Shown here: positions 62,859 to 64,000 of the stretch, piece after piece | Numbering within the stretch: position 1 is the first letter of the stretch | Layout of the letters: the number at the start of each line of letters is the position of its first letter | NCBI GenBank assembly: GCA_963842885.1 | Contig: CAWJIE010000002.1 | Coordinates: forward strand, 222,020 to 286,019 | Reading direction: 5' to 3' | DNA length: 64,000 nt | DNA from: an uncultured Nitrososphaerota archaeon | GTDB taxonomy: Archaea > Thermoproteota > Nitrososphaeria > Conexivisphaerales > DTJL01 | The notes under the pieces: generated by a model | The model's input: the letters and a program-made list of their open reading frames with translations, nothing else | Database searches by the model: none | Told to the model about the DNA's origin: nothing | Program-made: the position numbers and the translations under genes

Positions 62859-63815
62859 CTACTTCACTACGTGGGTTCCGCTCTTGCCGTCGACGGCGGC
62901 CTTGAGGTGGCTGAGCTCGGCGATGATGGCTTCGCTGCCGCCGCTCTCCACGAACCTCAGGGCGGCGAGGACCTTGGGGCCCATGCTCCCCGCCTTGAAA
63001 TGCCCTTCATCATAGTACCGCTTCATCTCGGCGTAGGTGACCTTTCCCAGCTTCCTCTGCTGAGGCGTGCCATAGAAGAGGCATGCCGCATCTACGTCAG
63101 TGAGGATCACGAACTTGTCGGCTCCAATCAGGGAGGCCAGCCTCTGGCCCCCGAGGTCTTTGTCGATGACCGCTTCGACGCCCTTCGCCTCCGTGCCGTC
63201 CTCGATGATGGGGATGCCTCCACCTCCGCTGGCTACGACGATGAACCCGGCGTCGACAAGGGTCTTGATGGCGGACCTCTCAGCCAGGATCTTCGGGTCG
63301 GGGGACGGGACCACCCTCCTCCAGCCCCTGCCTGCGTCCTCTTTGTAAACGAAGTCGGGATGGAGGGCGGCCAGCTTCTTGGCCTCCTCCTCACTGTAGA
63401 AGGAGCCCACCGGCTTGGTGGGGTTCTTGAAGGCCTTGTCCTCCTTGTCCACCAGCATCCTCGTGATGAGGGTGACGGCATACTTGTCGACTCCCCTCTT
63501 CTTGAGCTCGTTCCTGAGGCCCTGCTGGATCATGTAACCGATGAAGCCCTGAGTCTCCGCCCCGCACGCGTCCATAGGGAAGGGCGGCAGACCGTGGACC
63601 TTGAAACCAGCGTCATGGCGCAATAGGTCGTCCCCCACCTGGGGGCCGTTCCCATGCGTGATGACGACCTTGTACCCCGCCTGTACGAGGTCTGAGATTG
63701 GCACGGCGGAGCTCTTGACGTTCTCGTATTGGGCGGCGAAGGAGCGTTCCTGCCCACGCTGCAGGAGCGCGTTACCACCGAGCGCGATGACGACTATTCC
63801 CTTTTCATCGGACAA
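62859..63815 (-). CDS. arcC: Carbamate kinase
   Basis: [49 protein letters not shown]. Confidence 0.96.
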   Translation of the reverse strand: MSDEKGIVVIALGGNALLQRGQERSFAAQYENVKSSAVPISDLVQAGYKVVITHGNGPQVGDDLLRHDAGFKVHGLPPFPMDACGAETQGFIGYMIQQGLRNELKKRGVDKYAVTLITRMLVDKEDKAFKNPTKPVGSFYSEEEAKKLAALHPDFVYKEDAGRGWRRVVPSPDPKILAERSAIKTLVDAGFIVVASGGGGIPIIEDGTEAKGVEAVIDKDLGGQRLASLIGADKFVILTDVDAACLFYGTPQQRKLGKVTYAEMKRYYDEGHFKAGSMGPKVLAALRFVESGGSEAIIAELSHLKAAVDGKSGTHVVK

Positions 63816-63938
63816 GTCCCCTAATACCTCGGCTGAATCCCTTTCAAGGCAGAATATAAGTCTTGGGCGGAGGAGAGGGAGACCGGCTTCACACTGGGAA
63901 AGGCGATGAAAAAGGACGCGTCAGTCCCCCTACATCTT

Positions 63939-64000
63939 CTACTCGTTGTCGATGAAGTCGCTCGGCGGCGGGATGTCCGGAGGAAGCCCCTTGCGCTTCC
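63939..64000 (-). CDS. fusA: C-terminus of elongation factor EF-2 (partial)
   Basis: Reads KRKGLPPDIPPPSDFIDNE-stop, typical of the aEF-2 C-terminal RKGL motif. Confidence 0.75.
   Translation of the reverse strand, partial: KRKGLPPDIPPPSDFIDNE

Noticed and set aside
1-64000. CRISPR array or cas genes accompanying the Cas12f-sized nuclease
   Set aside because: I saw no regularly spaced direct repeats and no cas1/2/4; the locus fits a transposon TnpB.

Overview
GC-rich (by eye) archaeal chromosome segment with TACK-type markers (ABCE1, Cdc48, class I LysRS, Trm5, Nre, CTP-dependent RibK, EF-2 C-terminus, many TTG/GTG and apparently leaderless starts), most consistent with a non-ammonia-oxidising Nitrososphaerota-like lineage (inference). 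It holds mostly housekeeping and metabolic genes: an Opp/Dpp ABC transporter, a QueD-QueC-GTP cyclohydrolase cluster, modABC, a xanthine-dehydrogenase-family complex, purine/pyrimidine salvage genes, an S-layer-like protein, an S53 protease, and a knotted carbamoyltransferase with carbamate kinase. About 20 frameshifts, nearly all single-base insertions, look like long-read sequencing errors. The most striking feature is a 1,265-bp element (49349-50613) whose only cargo is a TnpB RNA-guided nuclease with intact catalytic motifs. It is bounded by 25-bp terminal inverted repeats and a perfect 8-bp target-site duplication, a DDE/IS6-like architecture rather than IS200/IS605 or IS607 ends. Other items of note: a wHTH-TFB-cyclin fusion facing the S-layer-like gene, a wHTH-LigD-type primase-polymerase, a tRNA-Arg(GCG) with C33 and C55, two candidate C/D box sRNAs, and a membrane-anchored HEPN-like protein.
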